A stretch of 64,000 nt of DNA, from assembly GCA_965223855.1 (NCBI GenBank), contig CBDCXM010000009.1:3008001-3072000 (forward strand), in the 5' to 3' direction. This DNA is from Candidatus Multivoradales bacterium (lineage in GTDB: Bacteria; Acidobacteriota; Thermoanaerobaculia; Multivoradales; JAHEKO01). The stretch's first letter is position 1. Each line of letters begins with the position of its first letter. The translations under genes and the position numbers were made by a program. The notes under the pieces were generated by a model. That model did no database searches, was not told the origin of the DNA, and saw only the letters and a list, made by a program, of their open reading frames with translations. This document shows, piece after piece, positions 23,679-33,268 of the stretch.

Positions 23679-26192
23679 TTGATCTCGAGGTACTCCGTCC
23701 TGACAGTCCTTCTCACCAGCGTCGCCCTGGCCGCCTGCTCCGGCCTCGCTCCGACCGGGAACCCGAGCTCCGAAGCCGCCGAAGAATCGTCGGACTGGGG
23801 TGACGCTCTCGACGGCTTCGAGCGGCGGTCGGGGTTGCTCGATGTCCACGTCCACCCGAAGAAGGGGAGCGTGCTGCTCGAGCTGCCTTCGCCGGGGGAG
23901 CGGGGGGTCGTCGGAACCTACCTCTATGTCGAGGGGCTGACGACAGGGCTCGGTTCCAACCCCGTCGGACTCGATCGCGGCCAGCTGGGGGAGACCCGGG
24001 TGGTGGAGCTGAGGCGGATCGGCAGCCGCCTCCTGATCGAGGCGCCCAACCTTCGGTTCCGCGCGCTGAGCGACAACGCCGCGGAGGTACGAGCGACCAG
24101 GGAGGCCTTTGCGACCTCGGTGCTCTGGGCCGGCGAGGTTCTGGAGACCGCCGAGGACGGGCGAAGCCTCGTCGACATCACCAGTTTCGTCGTGCGCGAC
24201 GCTCATGACGTCGTCGCCACCCTGGCGGCGACCGGCCAGGGCTCCTACCGGCTTGACGCGGATCGCAGCATGCTCGACCCCGGGGCCGTGCTCGCCTTTC
24301 CGGACAACCTCGAGTTCGAGGCACTGCTCACCTTCGCCGGAGACGGCAGCGGCGGCTTCGTTCAGGCGACCGCTCCGATGGCCCAGGCGATCACGCTCAG
24401 GCAGCACCATTCCCTGATCCGACTGCCGGACGACGGCTACCACCCCCGGCGCTTCGACCCGAGGATGGGATCGTTCGCGATCTCGTTCAGCGACTATGCG
24501 ACGCCCTTGGGAGAGCCGATTCAGGAGCAGTGGATCGTGAGACATCGCCTCGAGCGGACCGATCCCGAGGCGGAGTCGTCGGCCGCGGTCGAGCCGATCG
24601 TCTACTACGTCGACTCCGGCGCACCGGAACCGATTCGCTCGGCTCTGATCGAGGGCGCCACGTGGTGGGCAGAGGCGTTCGAAGCCGCAGGGTTCGAGGA
24701 CGCCTTCCGCGTCGAGCTGCTGCCGGAAGGCGCCCATCCCCTCGACGTGAGGTACAACGTCATCCAGTGGGTGCATCGCTCGACCCGTGGATGGTCCTAC
24801 GGCGGAGGGGTGATCGATCCCCGCACCGGAGAAATGATCAAGGGGCACGTCACCCTCGGTTCGCTGCGGGTGCGTCAGGACATCCTCCTCTTCGAGGGAC
24901 TGACCGGGGTGGAAGCGACCGGCAACGGCGGTCCTCAGGATCCGATCGAAGCGGCGCTGGCGCGGATCCGGCAGCTCTCGGCGCACGAGGTCGGCCACAC
25001 TCTCGGCTTCGCGCACAACTTCGCCGCCAGCACCTACGGCCGAGCCAGCGTGATGGACTACCCGGCGCCTTTTCTGCGGGTCGTCGACGGCAGGGTCGAT
25101 CTCTCGGACGCCTACGACGTCGGCATCGGCGCGTGGGATCGGCACGCGGCCGACTTCGCCTACCGGGACTTTCCGGACGGGACGGACGAGGATGCCGGCC
25201 TGGCCGCCATCGTCGAGCGGGGCCTCGACGAGGGGATGCTCTTCCTCAGCGACGCCGATGCGCGGCCTGAAGGAGCGGCACAGCCGAAGGCCGGGCTCTG
25301 GGACAACGGCTCCGATTCCGTCGCCGCTCTCGCGCAGACCATGGAAGTGCGAGGCGTCGGCCTGGAGGCCTTCGGGGCGAGCCGCATTGCCACTGGCCGG
25401 CCGATGGCCGCCCTCGAGGAGGTGTTCGCGCCCCTCTACTTTCATCATCGCTACCAGCTGGGCGTGACCGCCAAGCAGGTCGGTGGCGTCGACTATCGCT
25501 ACAAGGTCGCGGGCGACGACCAGCCGCTGCCGCAGCCGGTTTCACCCGAGGTCCAGCACGCCGCCCTGGCGACGCTGGCGGCGACGCTGTCGCCCGAGGC
25601 TCTCGAGGTTCCGGCCAACGCCCTGGCGGTCCTTCATCCCCGCAGTTTCGGGCTCTGGTCCAACCGCGAGCTGTTCGCCGGCGCAACCGATCCGCTGTTC
25701 GACCCGGTCGCGGCGGGTGCTACGGCGGCCGACCTGACCGTCCGGTCGTTGCTCGCACCCGAGCGTCTCAACCGCGTCGCCCAGCAACACGCCGCCGACG
25801 GGGCCCAGCCGGGAGTGGGTGGAGTCCTCGCGGCGCTGGCCGACTCGCTCAACGCTCACGAACGGACTACGCCGCTGGGTGCCGCGGTGCGAGGCGTCTG
25901 GGTCGAAGGGTTGATGCGCGCCGCCTCCTCGCCGGCGACCTCGGCCGCGGTCCGCAGTGAGCTCGAACGGGAGCTGGAGCGTTTCCAGGCGTCGCCGGAA
26001 GCCTCGCCGCCGCTCGCGCGCCGGATCGCGCGTTTCTGGGACCGTGCCCTGCCTCCTGCGGAGGCACCTGCAGCCGCCCTCGAGGCGCCCCCCGGGTCGC
26101 CGATCGGTGGTGGTCCTGCGATCGGCTCGCCGGCAGACTGGCTCGGTGGCTGCTCCCTCGACGCCGTCACCGCTGACATCGGAGCGCGGTAG
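23679..26192 (+). CDS. Zinc-dependent metalloprotease lipoprotein (DUF5117/DUF4953 type)
   Basis: Lipobox LAAC; HEVGHTLGFAHN; SVMDY Met-turn; DPRTGE. Confidence 0.88.
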   Translation: MISRYSVLTVLLTSVALAACSGLAPTGNPSSEAAEESSDWGDALDGFERRSGLLDVHVHPKKGSVLLELPSPGERGVVGTYLYVEGLTTGLGSNPVGLDRGQLGETRVVELRRIGSRLLIEAPNLRFRALSDNAAEVRATREAFATSVLWAGEVLETAEDGRSLVDITSFVVRDAHDVVATLAATGQGSYRLDADRSMLDPGAVLAFPDNLEFEALLTFAGDGSGGFVQATAPMAQAITLRQHHSLIRLPDDGYHPRRFDPRMGSFAISFSDYATPLGEPIQEQWIVRHRLERTDPEAESSAAVEPIVYYVDSGAPEPIRSALIEGATWWAEAFEAAGFEDAFRVELLPEGAHPLDVRYNVIQWVHRSTRGWSYGGGVIDPRTGEMIKGHVTLGSLRVRQDILLFEGLTGVEATGNGGPQDPIEAALARIRQLSAHEVGHTLGFAHNFAASTYGRASVMDYPAPFLRVVDGRVDLSDAYDVGIGAWDRHAADFAYRDFPDGTDEDAGLAAIVERGLDEGMLFLSDADARPEGAAQPKAGLWDNGSDSVAALAQTMEVRGVGLEAFGASRIATGRPMAALEEVFAPLYFHHRYQLGVTAKQVGGVDYRYKVAGDDQPLPQPVSPEVQHAALATLAATLSPEALEVPANALAVLHPRSFGLWSNRELFAGATDPLFDPVAAGATAADLTVRSLLAPERLNRVAQQHAADGAQPGVGGVLAALADSLNAHERTTPLGAAVRGVWVEGLMRAASSPATSAAVRSELERELERFQASPEASPPLARRIARFWDRALPPAEAPAAALEAPPGSPIGGGPAIGSPADWLGGCSLDAVTADIGAR

Positions 26193-28147
26193 TGGCTTCG
26201 GACGGCCTCGACCGCACGGCCTACGAGCCGATCCCGGAGGGGGAGCAGTACGAGCCCTTCGTGTCACACGCCGAGAGCCCGCCCGAGTTCACTCTCAAGG
26301 CGGTCCTTGCCGGGATCCTGTTCGGGATCGTCTTCGGCGCCGCCAACGCCTACCTCGGCCTCAAGGTCGGGCTGACGATCTCGACCTCGATCCCGGTCGC
26401 GGTGATCACCGTGGCGACCTTCCGCCTGCTGGCGAAGAGCGGTGTAGAGAACTCGATCCTCGAAGCGAACCTGTCGCAGACGGTCGGCTCGGCGTCGAGT
26501 TCGGTGGCGAGCGGAGTGATCTTCACCCTGCCGGCGCTCTTCCTGTGGGGCCTCGACCCGACGCTCCTCCAGATGACCCTGCTGGCGATGTGCGGCGGCC
26601 TGCTGGGAGTGCTATTCATGATCCCACTGCGCCGGTTTCTCATCGCCCGGGAGCACGGCCGGCTCCCGTACCCGGAAGGGACGGCGTGCGCCGAGGTGCT
26701 GGTCGCGAGCCAGGTCGGCGGCGGCAGGGCGAGCAACGTCTTCCGCGGGCTGGCGATGGGAGCCGGCTTCAAGCTGCTCGTCGACTGGCTCAAGCTCTTC
26801 CCGGGAGAGCTCACGGCGAAGGTCCCGTTCCTCAAGAAGGGCCAGCTCGGCCTCGAGAATTCGGCGGCGCTCTTCGGCGTCGGCTACATCCTCGGGCCCC
26901 GCATCGGCGCGATCATGGTGGGAGGCGGGCTGCTGTCGTGGCTCGTGATCATCCCGCTGATCGCCTGGTGGGGAGAGGGACAGACCGCCCCGTTCTACCC
27001 CGAGACCACGCTGACCATCAGCGAGATGAGCCCCGGGCTGCTGTGGACCCGCTACGTCCGCTACATCGGTGCAGGGGCGGTAGCGGCAGGCGGGCTGATC
27101 ACCCTCGTCCGCAGCCTGCCGACCATGATCGAAAGCTTCCGGGTCGGGGCTCGCCAGCTGCGGCGCCGGCTTGCAGGGGACGATGCAGCCGAGAAGCGCA
27201 CCGAGAGCGACCTCTCCCTGAGGGTCGTCGGGATCGGAGTGCTCGTCCTCGCCGCCGTGATGACGCTCGTGCCGGACGTCTTCGCCGCGCTCGAAAGCAC
27301 AGCGGGCCGACTGCTGGCGGCGGTCCTGGTGGTGATCGCCGCCTTCTTCTTCGTCACCGTTTCCTCGCGCATCGTCGGCATGGTCGGAGTGACCTCCAAC
27401 CCGACCTCCGGCATGACGATCGCGACCCTGCTCGCCACGTCGAGCATCTTCCTCGTCCTCGGCTGGACCGGCGACATGGGGAAGGCGGCGGCGCTGACCG
27501 TCGGCTGCGTCGTCGCCATCGCGGCTTCGATCGCCGGAGATACCTCACAGGATCTCAAGACCGGCTTTCTGCTCGGTGCCACCCCTCGTCGCCAGCAGAT
27601 CGGCGAACTCGCCGGGGTGCTGACGTGCGCCGTCTTCGTCTGCCTCACCGTCCTCGCGCTGCACGAGTCCTATGGGTTCGGTACGAGCGAGATCCCCGCC
27701 CCGCAGGCGACGCTGATGAAGATCGTGATCGAGGGCGTCCTCGAGCAGTCGCTGCCATGGGGGCTGGTCGGCATCGGCGTCGTCATCGCCGTCGTCGCCG
27801 AGTTGTTCCGAATCCCGAGCCTCGCCTTCGCGGTCGGCGTCTATCTGCCCGTTTCGACGATGGTGCCGGTCTTCCTCGGCGGATGCATGCGTCACCTGGC
27901 GGAGAAGGGAGCGGGGGAGGGCGACGCCGCCTCGGTGCGCGAGCGGGGAGTGTTGTTCGGCTCCGGTCTCGTCGGTGGCGAGGGCCTGCTGGGCGTGGCG
28001 ATCGCTCTGGTGGCGGTGTTCCTGGGCCGCGCGCCCGCAAGCGTCGGGCACGAATGGGCCGGTGCCGGTGCGCAGTGGCTCGGTCTCGGCGCCTTCACCC
28101 TGCTGGCCGTCATCTTCTGGCGGGTCGTGCAGAGGTCCGAGCGTTGA
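26192..28147 (+). CDS. OPT family oligopeptide transporter
   Basis: [38 protein letters not shown]. Confidence 0.93.
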   Translation: MASDGLDRTAYEPIPEGEQYEPFVSHAESPPEFTLKAVLAGILFGIVFGAANAYLGLKVGLTISTSIPVAVITVATFRLLAKSGVENSILEANLSQTVGSASSSVASGVIFTLPALFLWGLDPTLLQMTLLAMCGGLLGVLFMIPLRRFLIAREHGRLPYPEGTACAEVLVASQVGGGRASNVFRGLAMGAGFKLLVDWLKLFPGELTAKVPFLKKGQLGLENSAALFGVGYILGPRIGAIMVGGGLLSWLVIIPLIAWWGEGQTAPFYPETTLTISEMSPGLLWTRYVRYIGAGAVAAGGLITLVRSLPTMIESFRVGARQLRRRLAGDDAAEKRTESDLSLRVVGIGVLVLAAVMTLVPDVFAALESTAGRLLAAVLVVIAAFFFVTVSSRIVGMVGVTSNPTSGMTIATLLATSSIFLVLGWTGDMGKAAALTVGCVVAIAASIAGDTSQDLKTGFLLGATPRRQQIGELAGVLTCAVFVCLTVLALHESYGFGTSEIPAPQATLMKIVIEGVLEQSLPWGLVGIGVVIAVVAELFRIPSLAFAVGVYLPVSTMVPVFLGGCMRHLAEKGAGEGDAASVRERGVLFGSGLVGGEGLLGVAIALVAVFLGRAPASVGHEWAGAGAQWLGLGAFTLLAVIFWRVVQRSER

Positions 28148-28166
28148 GCTGTCCGCGGCTCGGCCG

Positions 28167-28955
28167 GTGACTCCTCAGCGCCTTCTCAGGGCGTCCCTCG
28201 GGTTCGCCTGCCTGCTGGCAATGCTGCTGCTGGCGGCTCGCTGCCGGGCGGCCTCCGGCGAAGTGGAGAACCTCGTCGCAAGAGTCCTCGCCAGCTACCC
28301 GCACGACCCCGCGATCTACACCCAGGGGCTCCTGTTTCACGACGGTACGCTGTTCGAGAGCGGCGGTCAGTACGGTGAGTCGCGCCTGCGCGAGGTCGAG
28401 ATCTCGACCGGTCGGGTCCTCCGGGAGATCGAGCTGCGGGACGACCTCTTCGCCGAGGGGCTGGAGCGCGTCGGCCGGACGCTCTATCAGTTGACGTGGC
28501 GCGAGGGTCTGGTGCTGCGCCACGGACTGGATGACTTCGAGCCTCTGGTGGAGAGCCGCTACTCGGGGGAAGGGTGGGGGCTGTGCGGCGACGACACAGG
28601 CCTGTGGATGAGCGACGGCAGTGCGCGGCTCGTTCTCCGTGATCCGGCGACGTTCGCTTCGCTTCGCGAGTTCGAAGTCCACCTGAACGACCGCCCGGTC
28701 GATCGTCTGAACGAGCTCGAGTGCGCCGAAGGCTGGATCTACGCCAACGTCTACGGCAGCGAGCAGATCGTGCGGATCGATCCGGTCGACGGCAGGGTGA
28801 GCGCCGTCATCGACGCCTCGGGACTTCTCACCCCCTCGGAGCGCGAAGGGATCGACGTCTTCAATGGAATCGCCTACGACCCCCGGCGTGAGGTCTTCTA
28901 CGTCACCGGAAAGTACTGGCCCAGGCTGTTCGAAGTCGTCTTCGAGCCTCGCTAG
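28167..28955 (+). CDS. Glutaminyl-peptide cyclotransferase
   Basis: YPHD..YTQGL, FAEG, QLTW, GEGWG, LNELE, NGIA, TGKYW; start uncertain. Confidence 0.9.
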   Translation: MTPQRLLRASLGFACLLAMLLLAARCRAASGEVENLVARVLASYPHDPAIYTQGLLFHDGTLFESGGQYGESRLREVEISTGRVLREIELRDDLFAEGLERVGRTLYQLTWREGLVLRHGLDDFEPLVESRYSGEGWGLCGDDTGLWMSDGSARLVLRDPATFASLREFEVHLNDRPVDRLNELECAEGWIYANVYGSEQIVRIDPVDGRVSAVIDASGLLTPSEREGIDVFNGIAYDPRREVFYVTGKYWPRLFEVVFEPR

Positions 28956-28981
28956 CGCCGAGCCTCGCGGCCCGGCTGACC

Positions 28982-29530
28982 TCAGGCGCCCGCTTCGCTC
29001 GACGACAGCGCGGCGCCGCCGCCCGAGCCGGTGGGGGGCGTCGCTTCCGGCTTGCCCTCCTTGCCGGAGCCCTCCTTGGCGGACTTCGAGTGTGGAGCGT
29101 CCGCTCCCGCAGGCTTCGATTCGTGATGACCGGTCATCTCGACCCGGCCCTTGAAGAACGCTCCATCACCGATCACCATGCCGGGCGAGGAGACGTCTCC
29201 CTGAAGACTGCCGGTCGAGAGGATCTCGACGCTTTCACGGCCGCGAACGTTGCCCTCGACTTTGCCGGCGACACGTACCCGACGGGCCTGGATCTCGCCC
29301 CGCACGACGCCCTGTTCGCCGACGGAGACGTCTTCCTTGGGATGGATCTTGCCCTCGACGGTCCCCTCGATCATGACGTCGGTATCGCCGCTGATCTCGC
29401 CCACCAGCTTGGCGCCGGCGGCGATGAGGGTCGTCTTTCGCTGGGCGGAGCGGCTGCTCGTGGCCCGAGCGGGAGGAGTGCTGACGGAGGGAGTGGGTCG
29501 TTCGTCGGATTCGCGGCCAAACAGTGCCAT
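28982..29530 (-). CDS. Bactofilin (polymer-forming cytoskeletal protein)
   Basis: Beta-helix repeats IEGTVEGKI, VRGEIQA, VAGKVEGNV, GAFFKGRVEM. Confidence 0.92.
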   Translation of the reverse strand: MALFGRESDERPTPSVSTPPARATSSRSAQRKTTLIAAGAKLVGEISGDTDVMIEGTVEGKIHPKEDVSVGEQGVVRGEIQARRVRVAGKVEGNVRGRESVEILSTGSLQGDVSSPGMVIGDGAFFKGRVEMTGHHESKPAGADAPHSKSAKEGSGKEGKPEATPPTGSGGGAALSSSEAGA

Positions 29531-29604
29531 GTGAAACCCCTTGGTTCGGATTCCGGGCGACGCTTCGCAAGCTCGCGATCGTCGCAGGAATCAGCGTCGA
29601 GAGA

Positions 29605-29680
29605 TGGAGCGGGCAACGGGACTCGAACCCGCGACATCAAGCTTGGGAAGCTTGCACTCTACCAGCTGAGTTATGCCCGC
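29605..29680 (-). tRNA. tRNA-Gly(CCC)
   Basis: Reverse complement GCGGGCATAACTCAGCTGGTAGAGTGCAAGCTTCCCAAGCTTGATGTCGCGGGTTCGAGTCCCGTTGCCCGCTCCA. Confidence 0.96.
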
Positions 29681-29769
29681 TCAGCGGCCTTCGGCCGAAG
29701 AAAGTACCACAGACCGATCGCGCCGAGAGGGCTCGGTACGCTCGCTCCCAGGCGCTATACTGATGCGGG

Positions 29770-30045
29770 ATGGCGAAGAACGAGACAGGCGTCGAGCTTC
29801 CCACGGTCTACTTCTTCCCCGAGCGCGACGTGACCGAGGACGAGGTGCGGCGCATGCTCCTCTCGAAGCTCCCCGGCGAGCGCGAAGAGGTGGTTTCGCA
29901 TCTGCTCCGCTACGCCGAGTGGGACGACATCTGGCGCTACGTCTCGCGGGATGAGGTGCGTTCCATCTTCGATCGCCTCGACCTTCCGGACTCGCTCCGA
30001 AAGGCGTGGGCGCGGATGCTGAAGATCGAGCCGGTCCTGTCCTGA
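29770..30045 (+). CDS. Small hypothetical protein
   Basis: Typical codon usage; TATACT at 29756-29761 just upstream of the ATG. Confidence 0.75.
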   Translation: MAKNETGVELPTVYFFPERDVTEDEVRRMLLSKLPGEREEVVSHLLRYAEWDDIWRYVSRDEVRSIFDRLDLPDSLRKAWARMLKIEPVLS

Positions 30046-30372
30046 GGTCGAGCGGATGGAGGCCCACCGGCGGCCGTCCCTGGGACCCGAGTCGATCGGG
30101 CCCTACCGTCTTCGAGAAGGGCTCCGGGTAGGGCTGCAGGTCCCGCCTCCGCGGCAGCTGACGCCCGGTTTCGGCCCGACCGATAGCGCTCGCAGCGCCC
30201 GACCGAGGCTGCTCGAGATCGGCCTCGACCAGAACCGACCCCGGACCTGTTGCAGCCGCCCTCGACGCGGCGATCAGGATCCCCGCCCCCCTGGACGAGC
30301 TCCCGTCCAGGGACCGGTCGGATAGGTAGAACCTGAGGTTTCCCCGCACACTCCTGGCGGCCCGGCTCTCGG

Positions 30373-31419
30373 CTACTCCCGGACGATTGACGGATCCCTC
30401 GGAAGTTCGCCCCCGCCGAGAGCCCTCCACAGATCCCGCAGGTCCGCGGGTAGCGGAGCCGAGATCGCCAGCCGGCTGCCATCGGCGGGGTGCGACAACG
30501 ACAACTTCCAGGCATGGAGCGCCGGGCGCGGGAACGCCTGGAGGACGCCCCGCGTCGTCGCCGGAGCGCTGCGCGCCCGCTGGCCGGAGTAGAGCGAATC
30601 TCCCACCAGCGGATGGCCCAACGAGAGCAGGTGCACCCGGATCTGGTGGGTCCGGCCCGTCTCCAGATCGAGTTCCATCAGGGTGGCCCCGGGCACCCTG
30701 CCCAGCACCCGGTAGCGGGTACGGGCCGAGCGACCGTCGGAGCGCACCGCCATCCGCCGCCGATGCTTCGGGTGTCGCCCGATCGGCTCTTCGATGCGAC
30801 CGGCGTCCGGCCCGACCTCGCCGAGCGCGATCGCCAGATAGCTCTTGTGAACCTCGCGTTCTCCGAAGGCCTTCTGGAGGGCGAGGTAGCTCCGCTCGTT
30901 GCGGGCGATACAGACCGCACCGGTGGTGTCGAGATCGAGCCGGTGCACAATGCCCGGGCGATCGCGGCCGCCGACGGCAGCGATCTCGGGATAGCGGTGG
31001 AGCAATCGATGGGCGAGGGTGCCGGTGCGCCGGCCCGCGCCGGGATGCATGGCCAGCCCGGCCGGCTTGTCGATCACGACGACGTCGTCGTCCTCGTAGA
31101 GAAGCGACAGCGGCCCGTCCTCCGGCTCGACCTCTCCCGCCGCTTCCTTCGGGCTCGCGCGACAGATCACCTTCGCACCGGGCGAAAGCCGGAACGAAGC
31201 GCGGCGGGGTGTGCCGTCGACGGTCACAGCCTCGTCGCGAATCCACTGCTGCACCTGGTTTCGCGCGGCCTCCAGTCGGCCGGCGACCATCTGATCGAGG
31301 CGCAGGTCGCTCTCTTCCGAAGCGACGGTCCACTCGTGGATCGCGGGCTCTCCGGTCCCGGGGGCGGGCGCGCTCACGGGGTCGATCCTTCCGCCGGGGC
31401 CCTCCGACCCACCGCGCAA
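30373..31419 (-). CDS. rluD: RluA/RluD 23S rRNA pseudouridine synthase
   Basis: S4 domain RLD, DKPAGL, HRLDLDTTG, TGRTHQIRVH; true start may be GTG 31377. Confidence 0.92.
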   Translation of the reverse strand: MRGGSEGPGGRIDPVSAPAPGTGEPAIHEWTVASEESDLRLDQMVAGRLEAARNQVQQWIRDEAVTVDGTPRRASFRLSPGAKVICRASPKEAAGEVEPEDGPLSLLYEDDDVVVIDKPAGLAMHPGAGRRTGTLAHRLLHRYPEIAAVGGRDRPGIVHRLDLDTTGAVCIARNERSYLALQKAFGEREVHKSYLAIALGEVGPDAGRIEEPIGRHPKHRRRMAVRSDGRSARTRYRVLGRVPGATLMELDLETGRTHQIRVHLLSLGHPLVGDSLYSGQRARSAPATTRGVLQAFPRPALHAWKLSLSHPADGSRLAISAPLPADLRDLWRALGGGELPRDPSIVRE

Positions 31420-31423
31420 CGCC

Positions 31424-31921
31424 TCAGGAAGCCGGGCTCTCTTCCGGCACGCGCCGGCGCTGCAGCAGGAGATCGAGGAGCATCAGCGAGATTCCGATGG
31501 TGATCGCGCTGTCGGCAACATTGAACGTGTGCCAGTGGTAGCTGCCGACATAGGCGTCGATGAAGTCGGTCACCGCCTTGTTGACGACCCGATCGATCAG
31601 GTTGCCGATCGCCCCCCCCAGAATCAGCGCCAACGCCCACAGCAGCAGCTTCTCCGACACCGGCGTCTGGCGGAAGTAGACGGCCACGACGACGATGGCG
31701 ACGACTCCCGCGGCAGCCAGGACCCACGGTCCCCAGTCGCCGAGCGAGCTGAAGAGGCCGAACGCGACTCCGCTGTTGCGGACATGAGTGAGGTTGAGGA
31801 ACCCCGGAATGACGGTCTCGACGGCATGCCGTGGCAGGTTGCGGACGATCCACACCTTGGACAGCAGATCGAGCGCACAGACCGCCGCCGCAAGGAGCAG
31901 AAGTCGGGGTTTGAGACCCAT
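31424..31921 (-). CDS. lspA: Lipoprotein signal peptidase II
   Basis: DLLSK, NSGVAFG, GGAIGNLIDR, VTDFI, FNVADSAI; starts MGLKPRLL. Confidence 0.95.
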   Translation of the reverse strand: MGLKPRLLLLAAAVCALDLLSKVWIVRNLPRHAVETVIPGFLNLTHVRNSGVAFGLFSSLGDWGPWVLAAAGVVAIVVVAVYFRQTPVSEKLLLWALALILGGAIGNLIDRVVNKAVTDFIDAYVGSYHWHTFNVADSAITIGISLMLLDLLLQRRRVPEESPAS

Positions 31922-32304
31922 CAGCTCTTCTCCAGCACTGCGACGGCGGCCGCCACGCCGGCGTCGTGGGTGATCGACAGGTGGATCCGTGTCACTCCGA
32001 GCTCCGCCGCCGTGTCCGCAGCCACGCCGTGGAGCCGGACCTGAGGCCTTCCGCGATCGGAGTGCGTGACTTCCACCTGCCGGAAGCCGAGTCCGCCGTC
32101 CCATCCGGTGCCGAGCGCCTTGAGCACCGCCTCCTTGGCCGCGAACAGACCTCCGATGTGCTGAGCCCGAGCGCTTCCCTGACGCCGGTTCTCTTCTCCG
32201 GGACGGCAGATCCTCTCCACGAACCGAGCCCCATGGCGCGCGAGCACGTGCTCCATCCGCTCGACGGCGACGACGTCGATGCCGATCCCGGCGAGTCCGT
32301 TCAT
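31921..32304 (-). CDS. acpS: Holo-ACP synthase
   Basis: GIGIDVV, FAAKEAVLKALGTG, HLSITHD. Confidence 0.95.
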   Translation of the reverse strand: MNGLAGIGIDVVAVERMEHVLARHGARFVERICRPGEENRRQGSARAQHIGGLFAAKEAVLKALGTGWDGGLGFRQVEVTHSDRGRPQVRLHGVAADTAAELGVTRIHLSITHDAGVAAAVAVLEKS

Positions 32305-32963
32305 TTCGGGGCGAAGCACTCGAGGGCGGTTGGCAAGCGGGAGCCGGCTGGCGGAGTGGAGCCGGACGGAGAGTCGAAAGAGGCGCTGGAAGAAGTGTCG
32401 GAAGCGGGATCGAAGAGCGAGATGCCGGCGACCCCCGCCGCACCTGCCCCGGCAATCTCGGGAAGGCGCCCTATTGTAACGCCCCCCAGGGCGTAGACCG
32501 GGATGTCGCGTCGACACGCCTCCGCGAGGCCGGCCAGGCCGAGCCCGGTTCGCTCCGCGGGCTTGCTGAGCGGCGCGAAGACCGGGGCGAGGAGGACATA
32601 GTCGACCCCTTCCGACACCGCTCGATCCACCCCGTCGAGATCGTGCACCGAACGCCCGATCGTGAGCGCCACATCGACCTCCCGGGCGACTTGCGCCGGC
32701 ACACCCCTCTCCGGCAGATGCACACCACCGGCCCCGCCGGCCGCCGCCAGATCGGCTCTACCCGTGATCGACAGCAACAGATCGGGCCAGCGCCGGCGGG
32801 TCGCCACCGCCACCTCAGCGACCTCGCGATCCGTCCAGTGCGGCTCTCGCAGCCGAAGCCAGCGGCCACCGAGACGGCGCACTCCCTCGACCCAGCGCGC
32901 CCAGTCGTCGATCCCGCCGAGATGCCCCGGCGAGATAGCCTGCGCAGGTGGAAGCGGCCTCAC
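32301..32963 (-). CDS. Thiamine-phosphate synthase (ThiE/TenI family)
   Basis: LRLREP, GVHL, IGRSVH, DYVLLAPVF..SKP, PVYALGG; start estimated at GTG 32963. Confidence 0.82.
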   Translation of the reverse strand: MRPLPPAQAISPGHLGGIDDWARWVEGVRRLGGRWLRLREPHWTDREVAEVAVATRRRWPDLLLSITGRADLAAAGGAGGVHLPERGVPAQVAREVDVALTIGRSVHDLDGVDRAVSEGVDYVLLAPVFAPLSKPAERTGLGLAGLAEACRRDIPVYALGGVTIGRLPEIAGAGAAGVAGISLFDPASDTSSSASFDSPSGSTPPAGSRLPTALECFAPK

Positions 32964-32979
32964 GGAAGGGTGCCCCAGG

Positions 32980-33234
32980 CTAGGACTTGCGGGCGCCGAA
33001 CCACTCGCCCAGCAGCAGTTCGAGATCGTGAACGCCCCACACGAGGTGGACCACTCCGAAGCCGGTGACCGCTCCACGCAGGAGGGGGTTCAGACCGATC
33101 GCCCGCAACCCCATCGCCGGCACTTCCAGGAGATGCCGCTCCCACAGCGCCGACCACGGCATCAGGGCGAGGAACACCCCTGCCTCGACGCAGTAGAGAA
33201 CGAAAAGGAGCCGGAAGAACGATCCGCGCGACAC
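32980..33234 (-). CDS. Small membrane hypothetical protein
   Basis: Two hydrophobic segments; fills the gap in the minus-strand operon. Confidence 0.7.
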   Translation of the reverse strand: MSRGSFFRLLFVLYCVEAGVFLALMPWSALWERHLLEVPAMGLRAIGLNPLLRGAVTGFGVVHLVWGVHDLELLLGEWFGARKS

Positions 33235-33268
33235 CGACGGATCATAGACGAACGGCTACGCGCGCGCG

